DNA from: Macrostomum hystrix
Taxonomy: Eukaryota > Animalia > Platyhelminthes
Assembly (NCBI GenBank): GCA_950097015.1
Contig: CATNEN010000002.1
Location: 8,618,001 to 8,682,000, forward strand
Direction of reading: 5' to 3'
DNA length: 64,000 nt
In this document: piece after piece, positions 1 to 11,078 of the stretch
Layout of the letters: every line of letters begins with the position of its first letter
Position numbering within the stretch: the stretch's first letter is position 1
Made by a program: the position numbers and the translations under genes
Notes under the pieces: model-generated
What the model was told of the DNA's origin: nothing
What the model saw: only the letters and a program-made list of their open reading frames with translations
Databases searched by the model: none

Positions 1-93
1 TTAGTTTTTTCTTCCTTGCTGAGTTTCAATCGATTTCGATAATTAGTTTGCAATTTTACTGGGCACAAACCAATTCCTGTTTTCAGCCTGAAA

Positions 94-1209
94 ATGGAAT
101 CCTCAAAAGACAATATTCGCTTCTTCATCTATATGCGCATGCAGCTAGGCAAAAAAGCTGTGGAAATCCACGCTGACTTTATAGTTTCTGTATTGGCTGA
201 AGCTGCGCCGTCATTTGACACCGTCGCGCGCTGGATGCGCCACTTCTCTGACGGGCGGACGAGCGCCAAAGACGAGAGTCGGTCTGGACGACCTCGGACA
301 TCCGTGACCGAAGCATCAGTGGCCGCGCGGACGCGATTGTGCGGAAGAATTGCAGCGTGACACTGAGATTTCTTGCCTACGAGCTTGCTGTCAGCTATGG
401 AAGCGCCGACACCATCATGCATGAGCAGCTGGGCCGCTCCAAGACCTGCGCCCGCTGCGTGCCGCACCTGCTCACAGCTGACCAGCGCGCTGAGCGCGTG
501 CGCATCTGCCGCTTGTGGCTGGAGATGTTCAAACCAAACGGCCCAAGAAGGCTGTCTGACGTCGTGACAGGCGACGAATGTTGGATTTCGTTCTTCACGA
601 CGAAGGACAAGCAGTCCAACATGGTCTGGCTGACCGAGATGAGCCCAGGCCCGACGTCCTGAAGACGGGGTTCCGAAGCAGAAAGAGAATGTTCACCATT
701 TTCTTCAACTCTCAGGGCGTTGTGGCGGTCGACATTCTTCCTGAGAGCAACACGGTGACTGCCAAGTATTACACTGAAACCGTGCTGCCGGCTGTGCTTG
801 AGGAGAGGCGGCAGCGGGCGAGAACTCGGCATGGTGCCAGGCTGTTGCTGCACCATGACAATGCGGCACCCCACACTGCAGCTGCAACTCAGGCAAGAGT
901 TCAGCTGCTGCCCCACCCGCCCTATTCACCAGACCTCGCACCCTGCGACTTCTGGCTGTTCCCAAAAGTAAAATCTGCCATCTCTGGGAGGCCGTTTTCT
1001 CGCATCCAAGACCTGGCAAGAGCGGTCAAATCAGAACTGGAGAGACTGCCCGCATCAGAGTACATAGCTGCTTCCAGGCTTGGCGGATGCGCATGCAACG
1101 GTGCATCGAAGCTGAGGGGAAGTACTTCGAGGGAATGAGACACTAAATCTGTGCTCCAGATTGCTCTGGACTTGTAATGACGTGCAAAACTGTTTGATCA
1201 CCCCTCTTA
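94..1209 (+). mobile_element. Degenerate mariner (DD34D-type) transposon; left end lies outside the window
   Basis: The transposase is split over frames 94-360, 339-662 and 578-1138, with a further shift near 1065. Motifs are SGRP, VTGDECW, HDNAAPH and HPPYSPDLAPCDFWLF. D2-D3 spacing is 29 rather than 34, implying a deletion of about 5 aa. The right TIR ends ...tttgatcacccctct followed by TA at 1208-1209. Confidence 0.95.
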
Positions 1210-2074
1210 CGAGATTGAAAATAAAATGTAATGAAAACTGGACGTCTTTTACGAAAGAAAACTTCAGAGTAATCACTTCAGTAATCAGAAAATAGCTGAT
1301 TAACTGAAGTCGACTGAAAACCAGTGGCGCACAGCTCGCGAAATCAAACATTGTGTCGATGGCTGAAGAGCTTAATGGCGGTTTTACAGTCACAACACAA
1401 GTCCTAAGTAAGATTATCGAGTAGGTGAAAAGGACTTTTATTGTTTGAGCATTGTTGTACTTAAAGCAACAATGCAGGTCAAAGTTGTTCTCTTTCCAAA
1501 GACGAAGATTCTCAAAAGAAGGCCGATTGCAAATAGCAGGTGCAGTTTTTCACAAGTTGCCTAACGGGTGTCAATTCTAGAAATCGATATACAAAAAGGC
1601 GCCTGCAGGAAAAGCGAGTCCGCCGGGGCTTTGCAATGCTTCATCTGTAGAGAGGCGATGACGCAGACAATGGGACACTAGAGGCAGCAGGTAGAAAGCG
1701 GGAGGCAAGTTTTTGTCCGTCCCCTCTGCTACGCTTTGTATATCAGTTTTTTTCCGGCTGAATAGCTTCAGCTTCAGACTTAACTATTGAACTGTTGTCA
1801 ACAGTTGGCTTTCTGAACTGAAAGCTTATCTTAGTATTTTGTAGCTACCAATCTACCAATCTCATAAAATGTCTGGTTCGTGCCATGCTGTTTATGTCCA
1901 GCTCCTCTCTTGCAGGGAGTGAAAGATGTGGGTGGATTTTAGGCGTTGCGTGAGCCATTAAATTGAACTGCAGAGTAAAAAATGTCTTGATGTTCACTAA
2001 AGAAAGCTTTAGAGATCTTTGCTGGATCCCAAACAACCTCCTGATTTTACCTGTTGCAAAAGCCAAGTGCCACT

Positions 2075-2225
2075 GTCTATTCGGGGGTGCCACCGTCTAG
2101 TCGGAGGTGCCACCGTCTATTTGGAGGTGCCATCGTCTATTCTGAGGTGCCATCGCCTATTCTGAGGTGCCACTGTCTATTTGGAGGTGCCATCGTCTAT
2201 TTGGAGGTGCCACCGTCTATTCGGA
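2075..2225. repeat. 20-bp tandem repeat, about 7 diverged copies
   Basis: Unit approximately tcggaggtgccaccgtctat. Confidence 0.85.
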
Positions 2226-2299
2226 GGTTTAGGATTGACGACCACCCGAGCACTATTTTTCAGCTAAAGATTCCAGCTTTTTGGGTGTTGCCTATCTGA

Positions 2300-2741
2300 A
2301 TAGAGGCCGCATGATGCTGCAGGTGATGCTCCGGAACCTAGGGATAGAGGCCGCATGATGCTGCAGGTGATGCTCCGGAACCTAGGGATAGAGGCCGCAT
2401 GATGCTGCAGGTGATGCTCCGGAACCTAGGGATAGAGGCCGCATGATGCTGCAGGTGATGCTCCGGAACCTAGGGATAGAGGCCGCATGATGCTGCAGGT
2501 GATGCTCCGGAACCTAGGGATAGAGGCCGCATGATGCTGCAGGTGATGCTCCGGAACCTAGGGATAGAGGCCGCATGATGCTGCAGGTGATGCTCCGGAA
2601 CCTAGGGATAGAGGCCGCATGATGCTGCAGGTGATGCTCCGGAACCTAGGGATAGAGGCCGCATGATGCTGCAGGTGATGCTCCGGAACCTAGGGATAGA
2701 GGCCGCATGATGCTGCAGGTGATGCTCCGGAACCTAGGGAT
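2300..2741. repeat. 44-bp minisatellite, 10 identical copies
   Basis: Unit atagaggccgcatgatgctgcaggtgatgctccggaacctaggg, head-to-tail with no spacers. Confidence 0.97.
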
Positions 2742-4641
2742 CTTTGTGGCCTCGCGCAAGAGGACCGGGTAGAAACCATCGGGTGCCGAGGATTGAAAAG
2801 GCCGGTTCAACGCTGGTTAAAAGGCCGGTTGAAATGCCCGGGCCAGTTCAGCGAGGTCGCGTGTGTGGCCCCCTGCCTTCGATCTCCACCCAAGATTTTT
2901 ACAGTGGCTGTAAGCACAGGACAGGTTAATCAACACCGCCGTCTCGCGCTGTCTGCAGTCTCGAGCTGCTATTCCTTGTCTCCCCACTGCTCTACGTCAA
3001 GACCTGCTTGGACACAACCGCAGTCACCATTGATTTTTCCGCTACCTTTCGCTACCTTCAGGGCGAAATACGCAATAAGTAGTGCCAACTCAGCCACTCA
3101 GGTGTATAGAATGCGGAGCATTTCATCTGCGACTGCCCCACTCTTTCTCAGGACAGCCTCACCTACCTCGGCCCAAACCCGGACCTCCTCCGACGTTTTT
3201 AGGCCTGAGAATATCCCCGGAAGAGAACCACGCCGTCGATGGCAGCATCAAGGGACCCCCCTGCCCGGGTCCAGCGCAATGGGCGACGACGCCTCCCCGC
3301 TCGATACAGCTGAGCCAAGTAAGCCAACTATAATTTGGCGCTGGATCTCATCTGTGAAGCCTCTTGGAGTGAAGCAGTTTTTTCCAACATGCAAATGCGG
3401 GACATGCGTACTCACACTCTCTAGTGCTGATGGGAACTGAAGCACGTGGACCAGAAAGCTCTCCTGTGGAAGAGACTCGATATTCCCGCTACGGTCGGTC
3501 TCTCTCTTGTCAGTCTCTGAATTTACTATTGTTCAGAAAAAACTAAGTCCTCATTCATATCGCATACAGTGCACGAATGCAGATACGGGTATAACAGCGA
3601 ATGATTGTTCTACAGTCGATCCAGGCTGCAATAGATAGATGTGTACTTACAAGCCGTGCTTCTATGTATCACATATTTCATATGGACTAGCCAACAGCGG
3701 GCTCTGCCAAAGACAACCATTATTGCGCGCTGATGATTCGACAAGCATTATTATATAGTGTATTATCGCCCGCAAAGCCTGGGTAATACTGTACCATTGT
3801 ACCATACATTGTACCATAGACTATGTGGTTGAGTTATACGAGCGCATGAGCTGGATTGATGAATATGGGCATGGGGTGTGGGGCGAAGCCCCCAACATTT
3901 AAACCATAGGCTTATGATTTAGTGAGTAAATATTAAGTCCAATTGTAAGAGAAAGAATAAATAAGCGAAGAGAAGCTAAAAGGACGCTTTGCAAAAGTAG
4001 AGTTGAGCTCTGGACTCTGACTGCCTTGTTTGATTTGCTTGTTTGTTTTTCTTTGTTTGGTTGAAATACATGAAATGGAACTAATCAGTTATCGGCCCGA
4101 CTTTCGGGCCAAAATGAAATCGTGTAATGCCAATAACGAATATCAGCCCGCCTGATAGCCACGTAGTCATGGTACATTGTTAATTGTACATTGAACTTTT
4201 GCCCGGTAATGGCCATAGACTAATTAATGCCGGGTAATTTTTTTAGCTCGACCAATAGAAATGTTTAACAGAGGCAAAATTTCTATGGCACAATTGATAC
4301 CTATACCTATTGATAACTAAATGCATCGTTCCAGGACCAAGCCTCATACAAAATATATTTGTATATATTTGTACTCAAAGTACTAGGTGCCGCACTAAAG
4401 TAAAAAAGTAGAAATTCTAATTTTTAAAATACTTTTTTACCCACCCAAATAGGTAGGTATCTCCGTTCATATTATTCCTACACCGATACTAATATTAATT
4501 AGTAGTTTCTACGGGTATGCGGGTTGGTCGTATTCAACAAGTGAGCAAGAGTACAAGCTCTTTAAGGTAAAGTTATGCACAGGAACTGATGCAGATATTT
4601 TGTTATGCCCAGACATGGCAGAACAATTTTTTGCTTTGTTG

Positions 4642-5783
4642 TTAGCGAACAAGACCAAAGAAGCCTCCGATTTCAGCTTCCGTCATTGTTTCATTCATGA
4701 CGGCCAGGGCCCGCACCGTTCCGTTCAGCACGCGCGGGTCGTATCGCCGAAATCCCAAGGCAGCGCAGAAATAGTTTGCATCGAAAGTCCCATTATTAAC
4801 ATTGGCCAGATGCATTTTTGTCGGAGGCACGAAGCCATTGTTGGAGAAAAAAGGTTCGGCTCACCGCAGATGCTGACGTCACGCCAACTTCGACGAAGCT
4901 GTACGGCGAAAACGAGTTCGTCGACGCATCGGTGACGAATTCCTCAGCAGTGATATTAAAACGATAAAAGTACAAGCCTAGTGCTCCGAGCTTTCCATCC
5001 CAAAAGCCGGCTCCATTTTTATGAATTTCACAACTGTGTGTCTCAAAAAGAGGGCAGTTGGTTTTGGTGACGTCTCTTTTAAGCCTGACCAGCCACGTGA
5101 GCCCCCGCTGCAAGTTGGCGAACTCCACTCCCTCCAGCCACATCTTGGACGACACTCCGTCGAACTTGGCTCCCTCGCTGCTGAACTCGACTGCCTCCGA
5201 CTGCCACAGCTGCGTCTCGCCGCACACCAAGTTGCTCTTGCTGGCTTCCTCATCGTCACTCATCACCCACGCTGCACGCAGCTTCGAGCCCACACTGCTC
5301 ATCAGCTTCCTGCTCAGCGTCATGAAGTTGACGGCTCTGGCATTGGCGAATGCAGCACAGCTGTGCATTGCGCTGATCCCATTGCTGGCTTGTCTATCGA
5401 TTAGGTGGCACACGGCAATGTACTTGAACAGAGAGCACTGGCGAGTGTCCGAGTCGAACTGGGCCATCAACAGACCGCTCATTGTGTTCGCAATCCCGCT
5501 GCACATGATCTTGCTCGATACTCGCCTTGTCTGCAGTGCCAGAGCGTCGGGGAGGCACTGCGACGTCTCCACCCTGAGCCACTCGGCCTCGCTGAGCTGG
5601 GCGAGGGAGACCAGGCAGAAAGACAGAAGCGCTAAATGTTTTTAAAACTAAATTTGTCAATTATTTTATACCTAAATAAGAATTTTAAAGAAATTTTGAA
5701 GGCTTTTTAGGAAACGTAAGGGTACAATGTCTGCATCGATAGACGAAGATGTTTTTGTGAGTCTCACCTACTCCACGAAGCAT
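4642..5783 (-). pseudogene. Secreted PAN-like + LamG/concanavalin-like protein, paralog A; one frameshift (real or sequencing error)
   Basis: Exon 1 is 5783-5768 (ATG CTT CGT GGA GTA G|gtgaga). Exon 2 starts at 5631 (tttag|CG), giving the signal peptide MLRGVALLSFCLVSLAQLSEA. The frame breaks at the A6 run 4847-4852; removing one base joins ORF 4796-5572 to ORF 4642-4830 (about 334 aa), colinear with paralog B. Confidence 0.8.
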
Positions 5784-6450
5784 GTGGCGATGGCGTCAGG
5801 TAGGCCAATCTGCCGTGTGTACTTAAGTGTTATTTTACACTGTCTTATCTTGAGTCCGAATCGGCCTGTTTTAAACAGTTGTTAGGATAGGAACAGGTAG
5901 GAACAGGAAAGTTTCACATGCAGCTCCCTAGAGCATGTCATCTTTGAGGTTTAAATATGTTTAAATGCGTCAAGTGCCTGCAGGAACGGATGCCTCAGGA
6001 ACATTGGTCACGGTGGTCTCATACTGGAGAACTGCATCCTGCTGTTGCTTCAACGTCTGCTGTTAAGCCATGCGGCTCGAAGCAAGAATTTGAGTTGGAG
6101 CTACTAAGTTAGTTACGATCACAGCTGTCACGCATGGCAGTGGGCAAGACGCACTGATGCACCGTCAGAAAATGCACCTGGCAGCTATGGAGAAACTCAA
6201 TGGAGAGAACACAGCGAGTGCTGCTGTTGCGTAGAGTACGGGGTACTTTACGCCCCTTGAAGGCCAACCTCCAAGGCACAGTGAAGTATACACCTGGGTA
6301 AGTGTATGCCTGCGTACAGTATCTGTTTGCGTGTGTGCTCAGGAGTCAGCGGAATGGACAGAATTGCCTGCTCGCTGGCTGCGGGTCTAGTGTCACCAAA
6401 TACAGTGCATTTGTGGCTACAAAAGCCACTCAAATTACTTAATATGCAAA

Positions 6451-6578
6451 GCAGCGCGGTGAATGAAGATTTGGCAGGCTCGTGCTGGGCATCTGCCCTG
6501 GTCAGCGCGGTGAATGAAGACTTGGCAGGCTCGTGCTGGGCATCTGCCCTGGTCAGCGCGGTGAATGAAGACTTGGCA
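6451..6578. repeat. 51-bp tandem repeat, about 2.5 copies
   Basis: Unit cagcgcggtgaatgaagacttggcaggctcgtgctgggcatctgccctggt. Confidence 0.9.
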
Positions 6579-7318
6579 ATTATTTTGATGTTTTACGTCA
6601 GTTATCTATCCTGTAGCACAGGATGAGGCGTGTATTAAAGGTTACATATAGAGATTGGAATCATTATTACAAGGTGTGAGGCGCGCTGTTGTCGTTGATT
6701 ACCTAGCTTCTATTTAATGCGGTTCTGCGCACAAATGAAGTATTTTACGAGTTCATACTCAAGCGACTAGAAGCGCATTTAGATAGGCAAACAAAGAACT
6801 GAGTTCTTCAATCTGGGTAGCATGTTTCTGGTTACCTGCTAATGGGGCAGGTAACCCCCCGTTATTGTTCTTCGCTAAAGGGAGCAAGCCCCAGGTGTTG
6901 CTCAGGCACTGATTTTCAAGACAACGCCATTCGACGTTTGACTTTGAAATAACGTCTGAATACTGAAGACAAACTTTACACAGGCTCTGCTCAATGACAT
7001 TTTTAGTATGTTCTTGACACTGACAAGCTATGGACTAGTCTATATTTTCTTTGAAAACAGCGGTGGATTATTTTTAGTATATTTTTTCATGGCGATCATT
7101 TGTAAATTCTCAGGTAAAGCAAAAAGACCAATTATATATCTCATAGACATTACTGAGATGTTCATCCAGCAGTCGTTTCTTAGTTTCCCATCCTTTAGCT
7201 GCTGAAACTTGAAATATTTTCACACCTTCGGTTTTTTTCGATGAGTAGCTGCCGACTGCCGACAAAAGGCGAGCGAAATTCGCACAAAAGATTTCCGAAG
7301 CAGCCACAGTCAGCGCAG

Positions 7319-8401
7319 TCAGCGCACGAGGTCGAAGAAGCCACTGATCTCTGCTTCTGTCAGGGTCGTGTTCGCGACAGCCCAGGCTCGCAATGTCCCG
7401 TTAAAGGGAGCATCAGTTGTGCTCAGACCGAAGTGGAAGCAGTTTGAGTTTAAGTCAGAATGCATTCCATCCATGTGGTCAACGTTGTACTCGGACTGAG
7501 GAATCACTCTAGCATTGCAGATGAACTGAAAGTCGCTCTTGTTGATTGACGGCGAGATGGCAGCGACATCAACGAAACTTCCCGACTCGAATATGTTAGA
7601 CTGCCATAACACGGCAAAGGTGTTTGACGGCTCATTGTCATTTCTTACAAAAAACAGGCCACTCTGGGTCGAATAGCCGCTCCAGAGGGAGTACCTGATG
7701 ATGCCGGTGACGCAGTCGAAGCTCTGAATGATCGGCGCGATGCCGCTCTGCTTCACCCTGACCAGCCAAGTCAGGCCCTGCTGCGAGTAGCCGAAATCCA
7801 CACCGAGAAGCATCATGGCAGACGAGATTTTGCTGAACTTGGCGCCTTCACTGGTCCACCTGATGGAGCTCGAGTACATCTGCCGCGTCTGGCCGCACAC
7901 CAAGTTGCTGATACTGGCTTCCGAGTCCTCGCTCATCACCCAGGCACCCTGGACTTTCAAGCCCACACTGCTCATCAGCTTCCTGCTCAGCGTCATGAAG
8001 TTGACGGCTCTGGCATTGGCGAATGCAGCACAGCTGTGCCGTGCGCTGATCCCATTGCTGGCTTGTCCATCGATGAGGTGGCACACGGCAATGTACTTGA
8101 ACAGCGAGCACTGGTGAGTGTCCGAGTCGAACTGGGCCACCAACAAACCGCTCATTGTGCTCACAAAGCCGATGCACACTAGCTTGCTCGACGTTCGCCT
8201 TGTCTGCAGAGCAAGAGCGTCGGGGAGGCACTGCGACGTCTCCACTCTGAACCAGTCGGCCTCGCTGCCGCAGCAGGCCAGCTGGACGAGACTCAGAAGC
8301 CCGAGAAAAGACACACCTAAAACTATTAGCGAGCTATGCTCAGAAAAATTGGAAACATAGGACAGGGTCACGTCAGAAAACTTACATTTCAGTTGAGCCA
8401 T
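7319..8401 (-). CDS. Secreted PAN-like + LamG/concanavalin-like protein, paralog B (about 337 aa after splicing)
   Basis: Exon 1 is 8401-8386 (ATG GCT CAA CTG AAA T|gtaagt), followed by a 69-nt in-frame intron and exon 2 at 8316-7319. Signal peptide MAQLKCVSFLGLLSLVQLACC. It has a degenerate PAN-like segment (C...FDSDTHQCSLF) and LamG-like motifs GAWVMSED, GAKF...GLTWLVRVK and FNGTLRAWAVANTTLTEAEI. Confidence 0.8.
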   Translation of the reverse strand: MAQLKCKFSDVTLSYVSNFSEHSSLIVLGVSFLGLLSLVQLACCGSEADWFRVETSQCLPDALALQTRRTSSKLVCIGFVSTMSGLLVAQFDSDTHQCSLFKYIAVCHLIDGQASNGISARHSCAAFANARAVNFMTLSRKLMSSVGLKVQGAWVMSEDSEASISNLVCGQTRQMYSSSIRWTSEGAKFSKISSAMMLLGVDFGYSQQGLTWLVRVKQSGIAPIIQSFDCVTGIIRYSLWSGYSTQSGLFFVRNDNEPSNTFAVLWQSNIFESGSFVDVAAISPSINKSDFQFICNARVIPQSEYNVDHMDGMHSDLNSNCFHFGLSTTDAPFNGTLRAWAVANTTLTEAEISGFFDLVR

Positions 8402-9258
8402 TTCTCTGACTAACAGTTTGTGGATGCTTACGACAGAATTTCGATGAGCAGACAGATTGAAAGAGCTAGGCTTTTATCTGAAATCGATGTGAGCTTTTCA
8501 GATTCAAAATAAGCGAGTGCCGCGCTGCGCGACCTCGCCTTTTCTGGGCTTTGAAGGCGTTAAACCAGTGCGATGTATAGTTCTGTCAGCCAGAATGTGG
8601 TATAGCATTTTGATGATCAGTCGTGCGGTGCATTTATTTCTGACAATTTCTGCCTTTGATTTGTCATCCATTGAAACTAGCAAACAACAGGTTATTAACA
8701 GCCAGCGCAACATTTTCCCGCCAAAAATTGCCTAAAAAATCAGTGCAACAATTGGAATCTGAATTGAACCATGACGGCAGGCCGTTAGCTTTTTATTTTA
8801 ATCTTACTCCTATTATTACCATTACTACTATTATTATTACTTTATTTTATTATTACTATTATTTTTTCACGTGGTCGCATCAGAGCAAGTCAAGACAACC
8901 CGCAGTCATATAGGGGATGATTGACAGCGGTTAAAGCAACCGCCTTTATGGTACAATGGAAGGTACGTAGCTCGAATCCCTGGCGAGGCCACACTAATTT
9001 GGGACGCAGCCGCCTTGAGAATACTTGGGGACTCGCTTTGCTAATGGCCAATCTCCAAGGCAAAGTGAGAGTGGACTGCCTGACAATGAAAAATTCAGAA
9101 CAGACCCAAACGATCTGTGCTCAGGGGGGGGTCTGAGCACGCAGAGATGTAAAGCTGCAGGGCATCTACACACTCGCTGTGTACTTCTGGCAACTCTGGT
9201 ACTATTGTAAATAGCAACTTCATTTTAAAGATGGCTCAGAAACATCAACAAGAGTTAT

Positions 9259-9558
9259 TCAACGACAGACACCGTTTTTCAGATCTATTTCATCCTTTTT
9301 AATCAATTCGAAGACACAGTGGTCTGTGCAGCAGTCCCTGCTGAACCTGCAGCGCTTGTATAACTCAACGCAGTTTTGCAGCCGCAGGCAGGCTGTGGAG
9401 TTGTCTGCAAAGGTCAAGTACAAAGCAAATGCATGCCTTGTTCCTGAGGACTCATATGCGCAAACAAGCCAGTCTTTCTGCTGACAATCAACACGCCAAA
9501 CCTTGTGCTTACCTGCGAGTAAACCAATCAGTGCTATCAGCAGCAGAAGCGTCTTCAT
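9259..9558 (-). CDS. Small secreted cysteine-rich peptide with inhibitor-cystine-knot (C-C-CC-C-C) framework, 63 aa
   Basis: Exon 1 is 9558-9513 (MKTLLLLIALIGLLA G|gtaag). The intron is 108 nt and exon 2 is 9404-9259 (ttgacctttgcag|AC), phase-consistent. The mature region is CVELYKRCRFSRDCCTDHCVFELIKKDEIDLKNGVC (C-6-C-5-CC-3-C-16-C). Confidence 0.8.
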   Translation of the reverse strand: MKTLLLLIALIGLLAGKHKVWRVDCQQKDWLVCAYESSGTRHAFALYLTFADNSTACLRLQNCVELYKRCRFSRDCCTDHCVFELIKKDEIDLKNGVCR

Positions 9559-9789
9559 ATTCAGTTTTACATGCCACATGTTCGAGATCTGTGATACCAT
9601 GCAGGCATAAAGAAACACGAGAAAAAGGAAAAAATTCACGCTGAACTTTACCATTTTATCAGAGCATCGGCCATAGACAGTTTTGCCCAATGCGCTGCAA
9701 GTGGCTAAACCGACTTCCAAAAATAGTACTCAAAAATAGCGCGTGCATGTTTCTATATTGAAATGCCACCTTAATCATCAATAACTAGC

Positions 9790-10203
9790 ATCCTCACCTT
9801 CAGTCCCTTACATCCTCACCTTCAGTCCCTTACATCCTCACCTTCAGTCCCTTACATCCTCACCTTCAGTCCCTTACATCATCACATTCAGTCCCTTACA
9901 TCCTCACCTTCAGTCCCTTACATCCTCACCTTCAGTCCCTTACATCCTCACCTTCAGTCCCTTACATCCTCACCTTCAGTCCCTTACATCCTCACCTTCA
10001 GTCCCTTACATCCTCACCTTCAGTCCCTTACATCCTCACCTTCAGTCCCTTACATCCTCACCTTCAGTCCCTTACATCCTCACCTTCAGTCCCTTACATC
10101 CTCACCTTCAGTCCCTTACATCCGCACCTTCAGCCCCTTACATCCTCACCTTCAGTCCCTTACATCCTCACCTTCAGTCCCTTACATCCTCACCTTCAGT
10201 CCC
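9790..10203. repeat. 22-bp minisatellite, about 19 copies
   Basis: Unit catcctcaccttcagtccctta. Confidence 0.95.
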
Positions 10204-10827
10204 TGAAATTCGTATCTTTAGTTTATCCATTACACATAAAAAATGAGAGAAATCTTCATTGAAAGGCAATGCGAACAGGCAAATTTTATGGAGAAACAAA
10301 TTTAGACTAGAAAACGTAATCAATAATAATTTCCGAATCGGTTTGTTTTTATTATTGCTCAAAAGTGTAATCACATGTTGTAGCTTGATTGAAGATGAGT
10401 GCACATGGACAAAAATACAGACAACACGGCAGTTATATGTGCCTTACATTTCTTACTAAAAATACAATAATCAATTATTGTGGACTCGAAACAGCGCAAT
10501 CAAAAATGAACTCACCGCCAGCTTTACTCAGAATCTACTAATAGGCATGAAAAATGAAGGCCTGCACAACATTACAGAGTACAAGCGAGCTAAAGGACAC
10601 GACAGATAGCCGAATATGGGGGATATTTCACATGCTATCTATGGATATTTCCCACATAGATATCTGTGGACATTTCCATTATGATATCTAGGGATATTTT
10701 CCACTATGACATCTTGGGATACTGCCAAGTTTCTAATCTAGGAATGTCTATAAATAAATGAGGGTATATATCCCTTGAAATGGGATTTTGTCTAAGCACA
10801 AATTTTCGGAGATTACTCATATTTAAA

Positions 10828-11030
10828 TTACATGAATATGAATATGAATTACATGAATATGAATATAAATTACATGAATATGAATATGAATTACATGAAT
10901 ATGAATATGAATTACATGAATATGAATATGAATTACATGAATATGAATATGAATTACATGAATATGAATATGAATTACATGAATATGAATATGAATTACA
11001 TGAATATGAATATGAATTACATGAATATCT
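10828..11030. repeat. 21-bp AT-rich minisatellite, about 9 copies, downstream of the SNX4 stop
   Basis: Unit ttacatgaatatgaatatgaa. Confidence 0.95.
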
Positions 11031-11078
11031 CTCTACATGCAATTGCACTGAGATAATTGCACTAGCAAATCCCAGGCC

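Noticed and set aside
2300-2741. CRISPR-like array
   Set aside because: The units abut with no spacers, there are no cas genes, and the context is eukaryotic.
2793-3440. 215-aa ORF
   Set aside because: It has no recognisable motif or splice structure; probably transposon-derived non-coding DNA.
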